A DNA stretch of 64,000 bases, from contig CAVOID010000011.1 in assembly GCA_963695875.1 (NCBI GenBank), forward strand, positions 160,001-224,000, read 5' to 3'. The DNA is from an uncultured delta proteobacterium. GTDB taxonomy: Bacteria; Desulfobacterota; Syntrophia; Syntrophales; UBA2185. Position 1 is the stretch's first letter, and the number at the start of each line of letters is the position of its first letter. Position numbers and translations under genes: made by a program. The notes below the pieces were generated by a model, which worked only from the letters and a program-made list of their open reading frames with translations, was not told where the DNA came from and made no database searches. Positions 30,200 to 40,664 of this stretch are shown piece by piece.

Positions 30200-31633
30200 A
30201 TGAGCGCGCGAAAGAAAAAAATCCTGATTATCGCGGGAGCTATCGCGGTGCTTCTTGTGATTGCAGCTGTAGCGATTATCGCACTGGTAGACATCAATTC
30301 CTATAAGGCAAAGATAGAATCCGCGGCTTCAGAGGTAACCGGCATGGAAGTCCTCATAAAGGGAAGGATGGGGTTCTCCCTGTTTCCCTTCGGCGTCTCT
30401 GCCGGAGACGTTATAGTCAGCAGCAAGGAGGGAGAGGTCATTTCTGTCGAAAAGCTCCATATAGGTGTCGAGCTGATACCTCTTCTGAAAAAGCAATTCA
30501 GTGTAAAGGATTGCGAGCTTGTCAAACCAGCCGTCACAATTGTGAGAGACGCGGCGGGAAGGTACAACTTTGAAGGGGTGGAAAAGAAGCCTGCCCCGAA
30601 AAGGGCGCGAACAGCCTTCAGCATAAACGAGATTAAACTTTCGCATGGCGCGCTTGTGTATATAGACAAGAAGACAGATAACAGGACGGAGATGAAAGAT
30701 CTCAATATAGCAATCAATGACCTATCGGCAGGCAATACGGGCGAAGATATTTTAACGAATATTTCCTTTGCCGGGAAGATAGACTGCGGGGAGGTCAGGC
30801 GCAAGAATCTGATCATTGAAAACGTCAGGGCCGAAACCAAGGCCGGTAAAGGTATATTAAGTATCACACCGCTTACTATGGATATCTTCGGGGGCAAGGC
30901 CGAAGGCGGCATTACGGTGGATATGTCTGCACATCCAGAATCCTATAAAGTCAATCTCAAACTTTCGAAATTCAGTTTTGAGAAATTCTACGCGGTACTG
31001 GAAAAGAAAATGACCATCGGCGGCGAAGGAACGATAACGGCTTCCCTGACTGCCCACGGAAAAGACTCCCGCCAAATCATGCAAAGCCTGAGCGGAAAAT
31101 TTTCGCTCCGGGGCGAGAATCTTACCATTTATACTATGGACCTCGACAAGTTTATAGCGAAGTTTGAAGAGACGCAGAAATTCACCCTCATCGATGTCGG
31201 CGCTTTCTTCCTTGCCGGCCCTATCGGTATCGCCGCCACCAAAGGGTACAATTATGGGAACTTCTACGTCCAGACCTGGGGAGGAACGGGCGCCATCAAG
31301 AAGCTAATCTCCGAATGGGAAATAAATAATGGAACGGCTGACGCCGCCGACTGTGCCCTCGCCACAGAGCACAATCGGATTGCCATCAGAGGGAGGCTCG
31401 ATCTTGCAAATGATAGATACGACAATATGTTCGTCGCGGTTCTTGATGACAAGGGCTGCGCCAGGTTCGAACAAAAGATCAGCGGACCCTTCAGCAGCCC
31501 GAGGATAGGCGCCGTGAGCGCATTCCAGTCCATGGGCGGGCCTGTTATGAATCTCTGGTCCAAAGCAAGAAGCCTTATGGATGGCGGCAAGTGCGAAGTA
31601 TTTTATCGCGGTTCGGTACAGCACCCAAAATAA
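30200..31633 (+). CDS. AsmA family protein
   Basis: N-terminal anchor, DINSYKAKIESAASEVTG, beta-rich body. Confidence 0.85.
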   Translation: MSARKKKILIIAGAIAVLLVIAAVAIIALVDINSYKAKIESAASEVTGMEVLIKGRMGFSLFPFGVSAGDVIVSSKEGEVISVEKLHIGVELIPLLKKQFSVKDCELVKPAVTIVRDAAGRYNFEGVEKKPAPKRARTAFSINEIKLSHGALVYIDKKTDNRTEMKDLNIAINDLSAGNTGEDILTNISFAGKIDCGEVRRKNLIIENVRAETKAGKGILSITPLTMDIFGGKAEGGITVDMSAHPESYKVNLKLSKFSFEKFYAVLEKKMTIGGEGTITASLTAHGKDSRQIMQSLSGKFSLRGENLTIYTMDLDKFIAKFEETQKFTLIDVGAFFLAGPIGIAATKGYNYGNFYVQTWGGTGAIKKLISEWEINNGTADAADCALATEHNRIAIRGRLDLANDRYDNMFVAVLDDKGCARFEQKISGPFSSPRIGAVSAFQSMGGPVMNLWSKARSLMDGGKCEVFYRGSVQHPK

Positions 31634-31942
31634 TAATTCTGTCGTCTGAAAACACAAAAAACACATTTGACGTAGATCCCTCATGTCTCTCCAGCAGTTT
31701 CCATGGCGTTTTGAAATTAAACCACTTGCATGAAAGGCTCGACTTAAATGCCAGGTCTTTCGCCCTTGCATCAACAATCCTGTCTGATGGAACGGCATAT
31801 GCTGAAGGTGTCTTCACTCTGGAGTAGTGTAGTTTCGTCGCACCTATCACAGATAATTCAAGAGAAAAATAATAAAGCAAACTTGCCAGAACAAGAATTA
31901 TAATGGTTATTGCTATAATTATTTTTTTTTCGTCGGTGTCAT
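31575..31942 (-). CDS. Hypothetical protein with N-terminal TM (apparent indel in an A9 run near 31925)
   Basis: ATG ACA CCG ACG then A9; one more A gives MTPTKKKIIIAITIIILVLASLLYYF, joining ORF 31575-31880. Confidence 0.4.
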
Positions 31943-32009
31943 TGTCTCATTAATCAATCGGCGGCAATATGAAATTGATATTCCCTGAACCTGACAACAG
32001 CTGAGTTGA

Positions 32010-33485
32010 TCAGTCAATTCTTTTAAAATCTATGAATCCCTGCTCCACATCGGTGTCTATCAGCTGCACCCGAATCCTGTGGCCCACGTCCATGCCTTCG
32101 AAGCCATGTACCAGTTTTCCTTCAACGGGAGGCTGGAGAATACGGACCCACGTGCCTTTAGGGGCGGCGCCGGTAACGACTGCATCGAAACTCTCACCGA
32201 TCTTTGACTGCAAGAGCATTGCTGCTACGGATTTCCCGACTTGCCTCTCCACTTTGTTGGCAACATTTTCTTCTTCCGTGCAATGTGTGGCCAGGACTTC
32301 CAACTCATTATTGCTGTACGGCAGGGCTCTTCCTTCTATGGCGGATTTCAATATTCGCTGCGTAATAAGGTCTGTATATCGGCGATTAGGCGCCGTGGTA
32401 TGGGCATAGTCCCTGACAGCGAGACCGAAGTGTCCTGGTATGGCAGTGTCTCCCGGAAGTTCTGCAATGTATTCACCGGGGCCCAAAAGCTTGATGATAG
32501 AAAGAGACAGGTCGGGGAACCTCAACGGATCGGCCTCTTTCTGCCTCATCAGGAATTCCTCCAGTTCTTTTGAGTCCGGTTCATAAGGGAGCTTGAACCC
32601 GTGTTCAGAGGCAATCTCGACGATCCGGTCCCATCGCTTCGGAGTGCGGACGACACGGCGCAGGGAGGGCAATTTTCTTGACGAGAGATACCGGGCAGCC
32701 ACACCGTTGGCCGCTACCATGAAGTTCTCAATAATGTCCTTTGCACGGTTCTTTTTTTCCACTACAAGATCACGGATTTCATCGCCTTCAAATACCGGCC
32801 TCGCCTCAACACTTTCGAAACTTAGTGCGCCGTGGGCATGCCTGAAATTATTCATACGCTGCGCCGCCATGTCCTGTGTGCGCAGATTCTGATCAACGCC
32901 CTCCACAGCAGCGACAGCTTCAGGCACACTTCCAGTTCCTTCCAGCCATGCCCCGACACTGTTATATGCAAGCTTCGCGCGATTGCGCACAAGCGCCCCG
33001 TAAATATCCGAGGTACGCAGGGAACCATCGATGCCAATTACCATTTCAACGACAATCGCATGTCGATCTTCATTGAAGTTCAGGGATGTGAGGTTGGTGG
33101 AAAGCTTTTCAGGAAGCATCGGGAATATAATAGCGGCCGTATACACGGAGGTGGTATTGTGGCGGGCATGTTCATCGATCGCGGTACCGCTCTTAACTAT
33201 CAGATCAACGTCAGCCACTGCAACAAGTATCTTTACTTCGTCTCCCGTCATTGCCCCGGCAACAGTCAGCTGATCCAGGTCACGCGTATCGTCATTGTCA
33301 ATGGAAGCCCACAGCAGATCCCGGAGGTCGCGAACGTGTTCACCGTCGATTGTCGATGGAGTCTGAATCCTGCCAAGTTCTGTAAGGGCTTCAGCGGAAA
33401 AGTCAGGGAGCATCCCTCTCTCAAGCATTGCCCTGCGGGCGATTTTCTGTAAAATAGCACGTTGCTGTTTACCATTCGTAGTCAT
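32010..33485 (-). CDS. RNB-domain ribonuclease (RNase II/R family)
   Basis: SIDNDDTRDLDQ, IIENFMVAAN, YAHTTAPNRRYTDL. Confidence 0.93.
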   Translation of the reverse strand: MTTNGKQQRAILQKIARRAMLERGMLPDFSAEALTELGRIQTPSTIDGEHVRDLRDLLWASIDNDDTRDLDQLTVAGAMTGDEVKILVAVADVDLIVKSGTAIDEHARHNTTSVYTAAIIFPMLPEKLSTNLTSLNFNEDRHAIVVEMVIGIDGSLRTSDIYGALVRNRAKLAYNSVGAWLEGTGSVPEAVAAVEGVDQNLRTQDMAAQRMNNFRHAHGALSFESVEARPVFEGDEIRDLVVEKKNRAKDIIENFMVAANGVAARYLSSRKLPSLRRVVRTPKRWDRIVEIASEHGFKLPYEPDSKELEEFLMRQKEADPLRFPDLSLSIIKLLGPGEYIAELPGDTAIPGHFGLAVRDYAHTTAPNRRYTDLITQRILKSAIEGRALPYSNNELEVLATHCTEEENVANKVERQVGKSVAAMLLQSKIGESFDAVVTGAAPKGTWVRILQPPVEGKLVHGFEGMDVGHRIRVQLIDTDVEQGFIDFKRID

Positions 33486-34012
33486 AGCATGTATATCTCA
33501 CCTTTGTTTTGAAAATGACCGCTTCTCAGTACAATGTTTGTACAACATAACAAGATTAATATGACTCTACCATGATACAACTCTCACCCACTTTTGTAAA
33601 GGGGGCCGGGGGATTTTCCTCCACCCTGAAATTGACACGCCTCACATTATTCATCACATTCTGAAAACAACGCAGCCACCGCCTTTTTGTCATTGCGAGC
33701 AAACTCAGTGTACGCGGCAATCTCTATGACACATTCCCGCCTCCACATTGTCATTCACACGAATGCCCCCGGCGGTAGGAAACTTAATTACTGTACAAAG
33801 AATTCAAGCATTTTGGCTTCCGGTGTGATAGATAAGTGCACTGTCTACTGGACTCCCGCATACGAAGTTGTCAATGATACAGATGATTTTTTCAAAGACT
33901 CAGTCGCAGGGTTACATTTGGAGCTTCTTTTCAGAAGATCCGATTCAATTAACCGATTTTTTAAGATATGCATAAACAGCTAAATAATTTTATAATATGA
34001 TGGGAGAAGAAG

Positions 34013-35227
34013 ATGAGCCGTGCTCTGGAAGGTATCAGGGTCGTTGATCTCAGCCATGTTCTGGCGGCGCCGACGACAACCATGTTCCTGGCGGATCTCG
34101 GGGCCGAGGTCATCCACGTTGAGCCGCCGCAGGGAGATGATGCGAGGGAATTCGGGCCTTTTGCAGGCAAGCCCGGCAAAAATCGCAGTGGTTATTTCAT
34201 CAGCCTCAATCGCAATAAGAAGAGCATGGTTCTTGACTTGAGAAAAGAGGAGGGGAAAAATATCCTGCGGGAGTTGATCGGCGTATCAGATGTTCTTGTG
34301 GAAAACTACAGACCTACTACAATGAGAAAACTGGGTTTCAGTTGGGAAGAGATCAAAAAAATCAACCCGAGGATCATTTACGCCTCCATCTCCGGTTTCG
34401 GGCAACATTCCCTTCCCGGATATGATACAAGGCCGTCCTATGACATGGTAGCCCAGGGTTACAGCGGCCTCATGAGTATCACGGGGCCTGAAGGGGGGCC
34501 GCCCTGCCGGGTCGGGTCCTCTGTCGGTGACATATTTGCCGGTCACCAGGCGGCTATCGGAATCCTCGCGGCCCTTATCTATAGAGAAAGGACAGGGCGG
34601 GGACGGCACTACGACGGTGCGATGGTTGACGGGCTCTTCGCTGTGCTGGAAAACGCCGTCGTCCGGCACACCATCAGCGGGGAAATACCTTCCCCCCTGG
34701 GAAGCCGGCACCCCTCTATAACCCCTTTCCAGGGTTTTCAGACAAAAGACTCCTGGATCATCGCCGCCATCGGAAACGATGTACTCTGGGGCAGATTCTG
34801 TAAAGTGATTGAGCGGGAAGACCTGACGACAGATCCGAGGTTTAAGACCAACCCCCTCCGGACCGCAAATATAAAGGATATGATCCCCATCATTTCAGAA
34901 CAGATGCGGACGAAGACAACGGCAGAGTGGTCGGAACTTTTTGAGAAAGCCGATCTGCCATTTTCACCGATCAACACCATGAAGGATATCTGTGAAGACC
35001 CGCACATCAGGCACCGGAATATGCTGGTAGAGATCGATCAGCCTGAGGCCGGTAAAATGGAAATTGCCGGCTCCCCTATCCATCTTTCAGAGACGCCGGG
35101 AGCAGTATACGCACCCGCCCCTCTGCTGGGGCAGCACACAGATGAAATCCTGAAAAGCATCCTCAATTATTCCGAGGAGGACATCAAGGAACTAAAGAAA
35201 CAGGGCATCATAAACGAAGAAACATAG
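34013..35227 (+). CDS. Family III CoA-transferase (CaiB/BaiF)
   Basis: LEGIRVVDLS, LADLGAEVI, NRNKKS, VENYRP, YDMVAQ. Confidence 0.95.
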   Translation: MSRALEGIRVVDLSHVLAAPTTTMFLADLGAEVIHVEPPQGDDAREFGPFAGKPGKNRSGYFISLNRNKKSMVLDLRKEEGKNILRELIGVSDVLVENYRPTTMRKLGFSWEEIKKINPRIIYASISGFGQHSLPGYDTRPSYDMVAQGYSGLMSITGPEGGPPCRVGSSVGDIFAGHQAAIGILAALIYRERTGRGRHYDGAMVDGLFAVLENAVVRHTISGEIPSPLGSRHPSITPFQGFQTKDSWIIAAIGNDVLWGRFCKVIEREDLTTDPRFKTNPLRTANIKDMIPIISEQMRTKTTAEWSELFEKADLPFSPINTMKDICEDPHIRHRNMLVEIDQPEAGKMEIAGSPIHLSETPGAVYAPAPLLGQHTDEILKSILNYSEEDIKELKKQGIINEET

Positions 35228-35375
35228 AAAAGTAAGCGGGCGAAAAAAGATATTTTCAATATTTTAAGATGTCACACATTCTCTTAAAGAATCCCCGATG
35301 AAGTAACAATTTCGAAGTCTGACTTTCCACTTCTTCTTTGCAAGTCATTTGTCAATCCCTTATGTCTATCATGTC

Positions 35376-35864
35376 TCAACTCTTATCCTCTGAATCAACC
35401 CCACGGACTTCCATAAATCTGTTATTGTCTTGTGAGATGTATTTTTTACCTGTTTCCTTTTCGATGATGAATTTCTTGTCCTTGGAAAGCACATATTTAC
35501 CCGTTTGTATCATGTCATAATATTCATATGGGATGCCTTTTTGATCAGCATCATAAGATTTCTGCCAATCATTCAGAGCCATTTCAAGGTCTGAGACAAG
35601 AAGTTCCTCCTCATATGGTTCACTTGATAATCTACCGCTATACTCGGAATTCTTGACAATTTCGTCAATTATATATGACATCGGAATTGAATAATTCATT
35701 TCCTTAATTCCCTTTTCCAAATCCTCAAGAAGCTCTAGAAGCGATTTCAGATTATTGTTTAGGTACAAAGAAATGCTTGTCTCAGCCCTATTCTCCTTAA
35801 ATATTGATACTAACCGATTATAAACATCTTCATCCACGGTGAACGATTTTATTTTCTTAGCCAT
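35376..35864 (-). CDS. Hypothetical protein with ribbon-helix-helix-like N-terminus
   Basis: RBS AGGAGG; KSFTVDEDVYNRL pattern; AT-rich. Confidence 0.6.
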   Translation of the reverse strand: MAKKIKSFTVDEDVYNRLVSIFKENRAETSISLYLNNNLKSLLELLEDLEKGIKEMNYSIPMSYIIDEIVKNSEYSGRLSSEPYEEELLVSDLEMALNDWQKSYDADQKGIPYEYYDMIQTGKYVLSKDKKFIIEKETGKKYISQDNNRFMEVRGVDSEDKS

Positions 35865-36026
35865 ACAATTAGCCTCCTATGTATGATGATATATAGCATA
35901 TTATATACTTAGCGCCCTAGTCAACGATTTTTTTTATCCTCCAAAGAACAAAACCATCAGCATGCTCTTGTGAAACACTAAATAATAATAACTATTGAAA
36001 TAATATCTCTACGCGCCTTCTCTCTC

Positions 36027-36356
36027 TTGCTCACACCACAAGCAATTCCTGAACTAGTCATGGATTGCGTTCACAAGTGGCGGGATTTTTTCGCCACATT
36101 AAAAAGGCAATTCACGAACGCTGATTTTAAACTTGGACTATTCAAGGAGCCACCATATTTGGGGGCTTCATTTATTGACTGGGAACGTCCTGGTGGCAAG
36201 ATACACGTCAGTCCTTATGTGTGGAATGTGGCGGCACCAAATTGTCCTGGATATGATATCTATTGGGTCGGCAAGAAGCCCTGGGCTATTTATGAGACAT
36301 ATGTTGAGGGTCTTCAATATCTTTACCAAAGCACTGAAAACGAACTCACAAAATGA
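36027..36356 (+). pseudogene. Probable C-terminal fragment of an unknown gene
   Basis: Protein-like composition but a TTG start without RBS. Confidence 0.35.
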
Positions 36357-36705
36357 GCATTTCCTTCCATTGCCCATTTTCGCCTTTACGGGGGACTCGT
36401 AGGTGAACGAAACAAACGACCGCTGTTGCTAACTTCCTGAAGTTTTGTTTTCCTAAGTCAACCCAGCCGTACAACATTTCATTTGAAAATAAACAAAAGT
36501 CGCACCATCAGTTTATACCCAAATTATTCACATAGGAATTTCACTGGTATACTGTCAGAAACCTCAGTCTATCCTTTGACCTTTATTGACTAAGGTATTT
36601 AGACTGCTGAAATCAGACTATGCCTGATGGATGGAACTAAGCAATAGATTCTATATATATTTATATTGCTCTTTCTGAATTTGAACAGAGTGGGGAGATG
36701 AATAT

Positions 36706-36999
36706 ATGATAAGAGTAATAATTGAAAGATACTGCAAGCCGGGTAAAGAAGCGCAACTCAGGGACTTGTTGAAAGAACTGAGAATGGCAGCAATGAGTCA
36801 ATACGGATACATCTCCGGCGAGACGCTTTGTGAATTAGATGATCCTTTACTCTTCATAGTCATTAGCACGTGGGCTACTCTTGAGGCTTGGAGAGAATGG
36901 CAGGTATCCAAGCGGCGCTTGCTAATAGAGCAAAGGATGGACTCTCTGATTACTACCGAGGAGAGGTTACGCATTTTGGCTTTTGATTATGAGATTTGA
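36706..36999 (+). CDS. ABM-domain protein
   Basis: MIRVIIER, GYISGETL, VISTWATLEAW. Confidence 0.85.
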   Translation: MIRVIIERYCKPGKEAQLRDLLKELRMAAMSQYGYISGETLCELDDPLLFIVISTWATLEAWREWQVSKRRLLIEQRMDSLITTEERLRILAFDYEI

Positions 37000-37202
37000 T
37001 CTGGCACTTATAAGTGATGTTCTCAGCGCCATGTGCGGCAACGTAACGTAAGTATAATAAAAAAAGAGGATTACTATGCCAGTGTACAGAAAGGTGCGTA
37101 ACCGATCTATATTCATCTTATAAAATCTTACGGTATGGCGAAAGACATTTCATGTAGAGAAAAGAACAGTATGTCAACTTTTCAGAAAGGAGGCAACAAT
37201 TT

Positions 37203-37709
37203 ATGATTTCGGTAGATCTTTTAAAACAATACAAATTTTTCAAAGAGTTCAGTGAGGAACAGATCAAGAAACTGGCGGATATAGCTTCTGAAGAATCTTA
37301 TAGGGCTGGTTCTCAGTTATGGAAAAAGGGAGATCCGGCAAAAACCCTCTACCTGTTGGAAGGGGGAAAAGTTGTTCTGGTCATGGATGCTTACATGGGT
37401 ACTGCTAAACCCCCCATGCAGATCACTGTAGATATCGTCACAAAGGGAGACGCCATGGGATGGTCAACTGTCATTGAACCTTACGTGTACACTTTAGGAG
37501 CCCGATGTATTGATGATTCGAAAGTCATCGCCTTCGATGGAGCTAAACTCAGGGAGCTGCTAAGTAAAGACAGTACGTTAGGATATAATTTCATGCAAGC
37601 CACGGCAAAAGTAATAGCCACCCGTCTGACCCATACCGAAATTATTCTGGTTGGTGAGCGAGGACTCTCTATTTTGGATCGAATATTGAGTAAGAAGGAT
37701 AGATCATAA
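37203..37709 (+). CDS. Stand-alone cyclic nucleotide-binding domain protein
   Basis: FFKEFSEEQI, GDPAKTLYLLEGGKV, GDAMGWS; no HTH. Confidence 0.88.
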   Translation: MISVDLLKQYKFFKEFSEEQIKKLADIASEESYRAGSQLWKKGDPAKTLYLLEGGKVVLVMDAYMGTAKPPMQITVDIVTKGDAMGWSTVIEPYVYTLGARCIDDSKVIAFDGAKLRELLSKDSTLGYNFMQATAKVIATRLTHTEIILVGERGLSILDRILSKKDRS

Positions 37710-37730
37710 AGGAGGTAGCCGCCATGTTTA

Positions 37731-37891
37731 AAGCTGCTACAAAAACGCATCAACCGCAAATCTCGATGTCAACAAAAAACGATTATCCCCTAATAAAAAT
37801 AAAGGATGTAAATAAGAAGGTAAGGTTCAACCATATATTTTCATAAGAAAGAAATATTTTTAGGATTATTACCATTTTCTTAAAAATAATC
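37731..37891. repeat. ~160 bp AT-rich direct repeat, copy 1
   Basis: Shares CATCAACCG, AAATCTCG, TAAAAATAAAGGATGT, AATAAGAAGGT, TTCAACCATATATTTTCATAA, GATTATTACCATT with 63796-63953. Confidence 0.85.
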
Positions 37892-38053
37892 CACATTTTA
37901 GGAAAAATATGAATTAACAAGTACACTCACTTATACATACCCAAAAGGGATGGCGTGGAGGAAAGGCGTCTGAGACAGGCTTCCATATTGATGCCGGATC
38001 GTAAAACACCCTGCCAGATGTTCTGCGCTGTCTGCAGCGGGGAAGCCGTTTGC

Positions 38054-38605
38054 CTAGACCACTTCGCGATAGACGTCTGGATGGGGCCGAGAAATAACGA
38101 CAGAGTTTACCAGCAGGCCGCGTTCGGCGATCACGAGCTTGGCGGCCTGCGCGGCCGATTGAACTGCGGCGACATCACCGGTCATCGTGAAGTACGCCTT
38201 ACCACCAAGTGCCATTGCCAGGCGGATTTCCAACAGCGTCACATTTGCAGCCTTAGCTGCGGCGTCAGCCCCTTCCAGCAATGAGGCAACGCTGAATGAT
38301 TCTACAATTCCCAGTGCACCAACCAGTTCCGGCACTTGCGAACGGCCAAGAGCGGCGAAGACGTCGGCGTGAACGTTCGAAATGATGAATTTATCGATAA
38401 TACACCCGTTTGCCTCGATTACACCAGCCTCTACTGCGCGCTGCACGGCACCGACCGCGCCACCGATCAACACCATGTATTTGCCGGAGCAAATGCTGCG
38501 CGACAGGATGAGCTGGACGTTGGCCGCTTTCAGCATCACGTCGGCTACAGTAAAGCCGGCGGCGATGCTGGAGAGTTCAATTAAACCAATGGATTTCCCG
38601 TTCAT
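38054..38605 (-). CDS. pduT: Tandem BMC shell protein PduT
   Basis: IGLIELSSIAAG, SICSGKY (Fe-S ligand Cys), ALGIVESFS, LGGKAY. Confidence 0.9.
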   Translation of the reverse strand: MNGKSIGLIELSSIAAGFTVADVMLKAANVQLILSRSICSGKYMVLIGGAVGAVQRAVEAGVIEANGCIIDKFIISNVHADVFAALGRSQVPELVGALGIVESFSVASLLEGADAAAKAANVTLLEIRLAMALGGKAYFTMTGDVAAVQSAAQAAKLVIAERGLLVNSVVISRPHPDVYREVV

Positions 38606-39921
38606 GCTTGCCTCGTCAAAATAATGAAGTTATCGTTTACCTCGGCGACGATCCCGGCAATCGGCGCATGGATGATCGCGCCCAGGTCCTTGTCGGAAAT
38701 CTGGCCCAACGGCTGCCCGATCGTGATCTCGTCGCCCTTTTTCACAATTGGCTTGTTCGGCACGCCTGCCGCTTGTTTCAGCGGCAGAATGAGTTGACGC
38801 GGTGTGACGGCGATGTCCTGCCACGGCGCGGGCACATCGTATTTCTCAAGGGCAAATTTTTTCATCAACATCTTGATCGGCACGCGCCGACCGTCGTGCA
38901 GCGGATGCGCTCTGGTCGGTGCTGGGCCGGTCCATCTGATGTTCGCGGCTCGCATTTCAGTTTTCGACGCATCACAAGCTTCCTTCGGGAAAAGTGATTC
39001 GGGGCAGGCATAGAGCGTACAAAGGCCGCACGCGCAGCAGTTTACTGCCATCTGATTCCAGTAACTCTTGTCGGTAGCGGTGAATGCCAGGCTGCGCATG
39101 ACCTGGTGCGGTTCGACTGCGTAGCCGAGCAGGTAACGCGGACATAACTCAGTGCAGTAACGGCATTGGTCGCAGGCTGACTTGCCGATACGCGATTTGA
39201 GCGGGTCGGGCTTGAGCTTGCGCTCAATGACAAAATGGCTGCGCGGCAGGATCACCGCACCGCTCGAGGTCTTGACGATGGGTGTGTCCAGGTCGTCGGT
39301 GGTCTGACCCATCATCAATCCGCCGACGCACAACACGGGGTCGCCGGTAGTCAGGCCGCCGGCGGATTCAATCGCCTCGCGGAACGTTGTGCCGATCGGC
39401 ACAGTGATCGTCACTGGATTTTTCACTGCCCCCGCCAGGGTGATAGTCTTCCGGGTAACCGGCATACCTTGGGCTGCGGCTGCGATGTTCGCCAGCGTCT
39501 CGACGTTGTTGACGACGATGCCGACCTGCAGAGGGATGCCCTGCGGCGGAATCAGCCGGCCAGTCACTGCGTTGACCAGCTCGTATTCGTCACCGGCGGG
39601 GTAGTAATCACCTAGCAGATGGATGCGGATGTGTGTGCCTTGACATGCGTCTCGGATGGTTTCGATGGCGCTCTTCTTCTTGGCCTTGATTCCAATGATG
39701 CCCTCGCTGGCGCCGACGGCGTCCATGACCAACTGCAAGCCTGCCACCACCTCCTCCGTTCTACGCTCTATGACGGCTGCATCCTTGTACAATAAGGGTT
39801 CACACTCGGCGCCGTTCGCAATAACGGTGTCGGCTTTGCCCGCCACCTTGACGTGTGCGGGGAATCCGCCACCGCCTGCGCCGACCACGCCGGCTTGCTT
39901 TACTTGTTCAACCAAACTCAT
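38602..39921 (-). CDS. pduS: PduS cobalamin reductase (RnfC-like)
   Basis: GVVGAGGGGFP, NGAECEPLL, CDQCRYCTELCP, CCACGLCTLYACP. Confidence 0.9.
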   Translation of the reverse strand: MSLVEQVKQAGVVGAGGGGFPAHVKVAGKADTVIANGAECEPLLYKDAAVIERRTEEVVAGLQLVMDAVGASEGIIGIKAKKKSAIETIRDACQGTHIRIHLLGDYYPAGDEYELVNAVTGRLIPPQGIPLQVGIVVNNVETLANIAAAAQGMPVTRKTITLAGAVKNPVTITVPIGTTFREAIESAGGLTTGDPVLCVGGLMMGQTTDDLDTPIVKTSSGAVILPRSHFVIERKLKPDPLKSRIGKSACDQCRYCTELCPRYLLGYAVEPHQVMRSLAFTATDKSYWNQMAVNCCACGLCTLYACPESLFPKEACDASKTEMRAANIRWTGPAPTRAHPLHDGRRVPIKMLMKKFALEKYDVPAPWQDIAVTPRQLILPLKQAAGVPNKPIVKKGDEITIGQPLGQISDKDLGAIIHAPIAGIVAEVNDNFIILTRQA

Positions 39922-40080
39922 AGTACCGAATGCTTCCGTGAAACCCGCCGTATTTCAATGATGACCGGATCGTGGCAGTGAGATTTTGCGACCATAAAAC
40001 CGTTCTCAGCCGCCCATGCCCGACGCATCCTGCACGACAGAAAGGCGGAGATTTGCCGCCGAAAACGACGCCGTCGCGAC

Positions 40081-40485
40081 TTATTTTTCCAAGATCGCAG
40101 TGGCGGCTGTGGCGCAGATCATATCCTGTTCGACTGTGCCTCCACTGACCCCAATTCCTCCGATAATCGCATCGTTGTGCTTCAGTGGAAAACCTCCACC
40201 GAAAACAACAACCCGACCCCTGTCAGCATTGCTAATCCCAAAAAGGGGTCCACCTGGCTGGGCTAAAGGTGCTAATTCGTGCGTTGGCAGTTTCACAGCC
40301 ACTGCCGTGTAAGCCTTGTTAAGCGAGATATCGATGCTCACCAGGAGGGCGTCATCCATGCGGTGCTGAGCCACTAAATTGCCACCCGCATCTACTACAG
40401 CGATCACCATGGGAACACCAATCTCCTTAGCCTTTTCCTGGGCTGCCGCAATGAGTTCTAAAGCGAAATCGAGGGTTAGTCGCAT
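40081..40485 (-). CDS. GlcG/HbpS-family heme-binding protein
   Basis: PMVIAVVDAGG, KAYTA, FGGGFPL, GIGVSGG. Confidence 0.9.
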   Translation of the reverse strand: MRLTLDFALELIAAAQEKAKEIGVPMVIAVVDAGGNLVAQHRMDDALLVSIDISLNKAYTAVAVKLPTHELAPLAQPGGPLFGISNADRGRVVVFGGGFPLKHNDAIIGGIGVSGGTVEQDMICATAATAILEK

Positions 40486-40664
40486 AATCTCCTCCTCAAG
40501 CAAACTCGCTACTCAGCTTATACTGGCTGTTAATAGCGAATGGAAATCTCAGGTATTATCAGCTACGCATCCACAGCTTTTAACCGGACCACAAGGTATG
40601 ATGACATCTTACTTGATTTTGACGCTCAAGTCTGGTGCTCCTCTGGGGACTTCCAACCTTGCAA

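Noticed and set aside
34013..35227. CoA-transferase as the missing CoA-recycling enzyme of the BMC
   Set aside because: Opposite strand, outside the repeat boundary, and no encapsulation helix.
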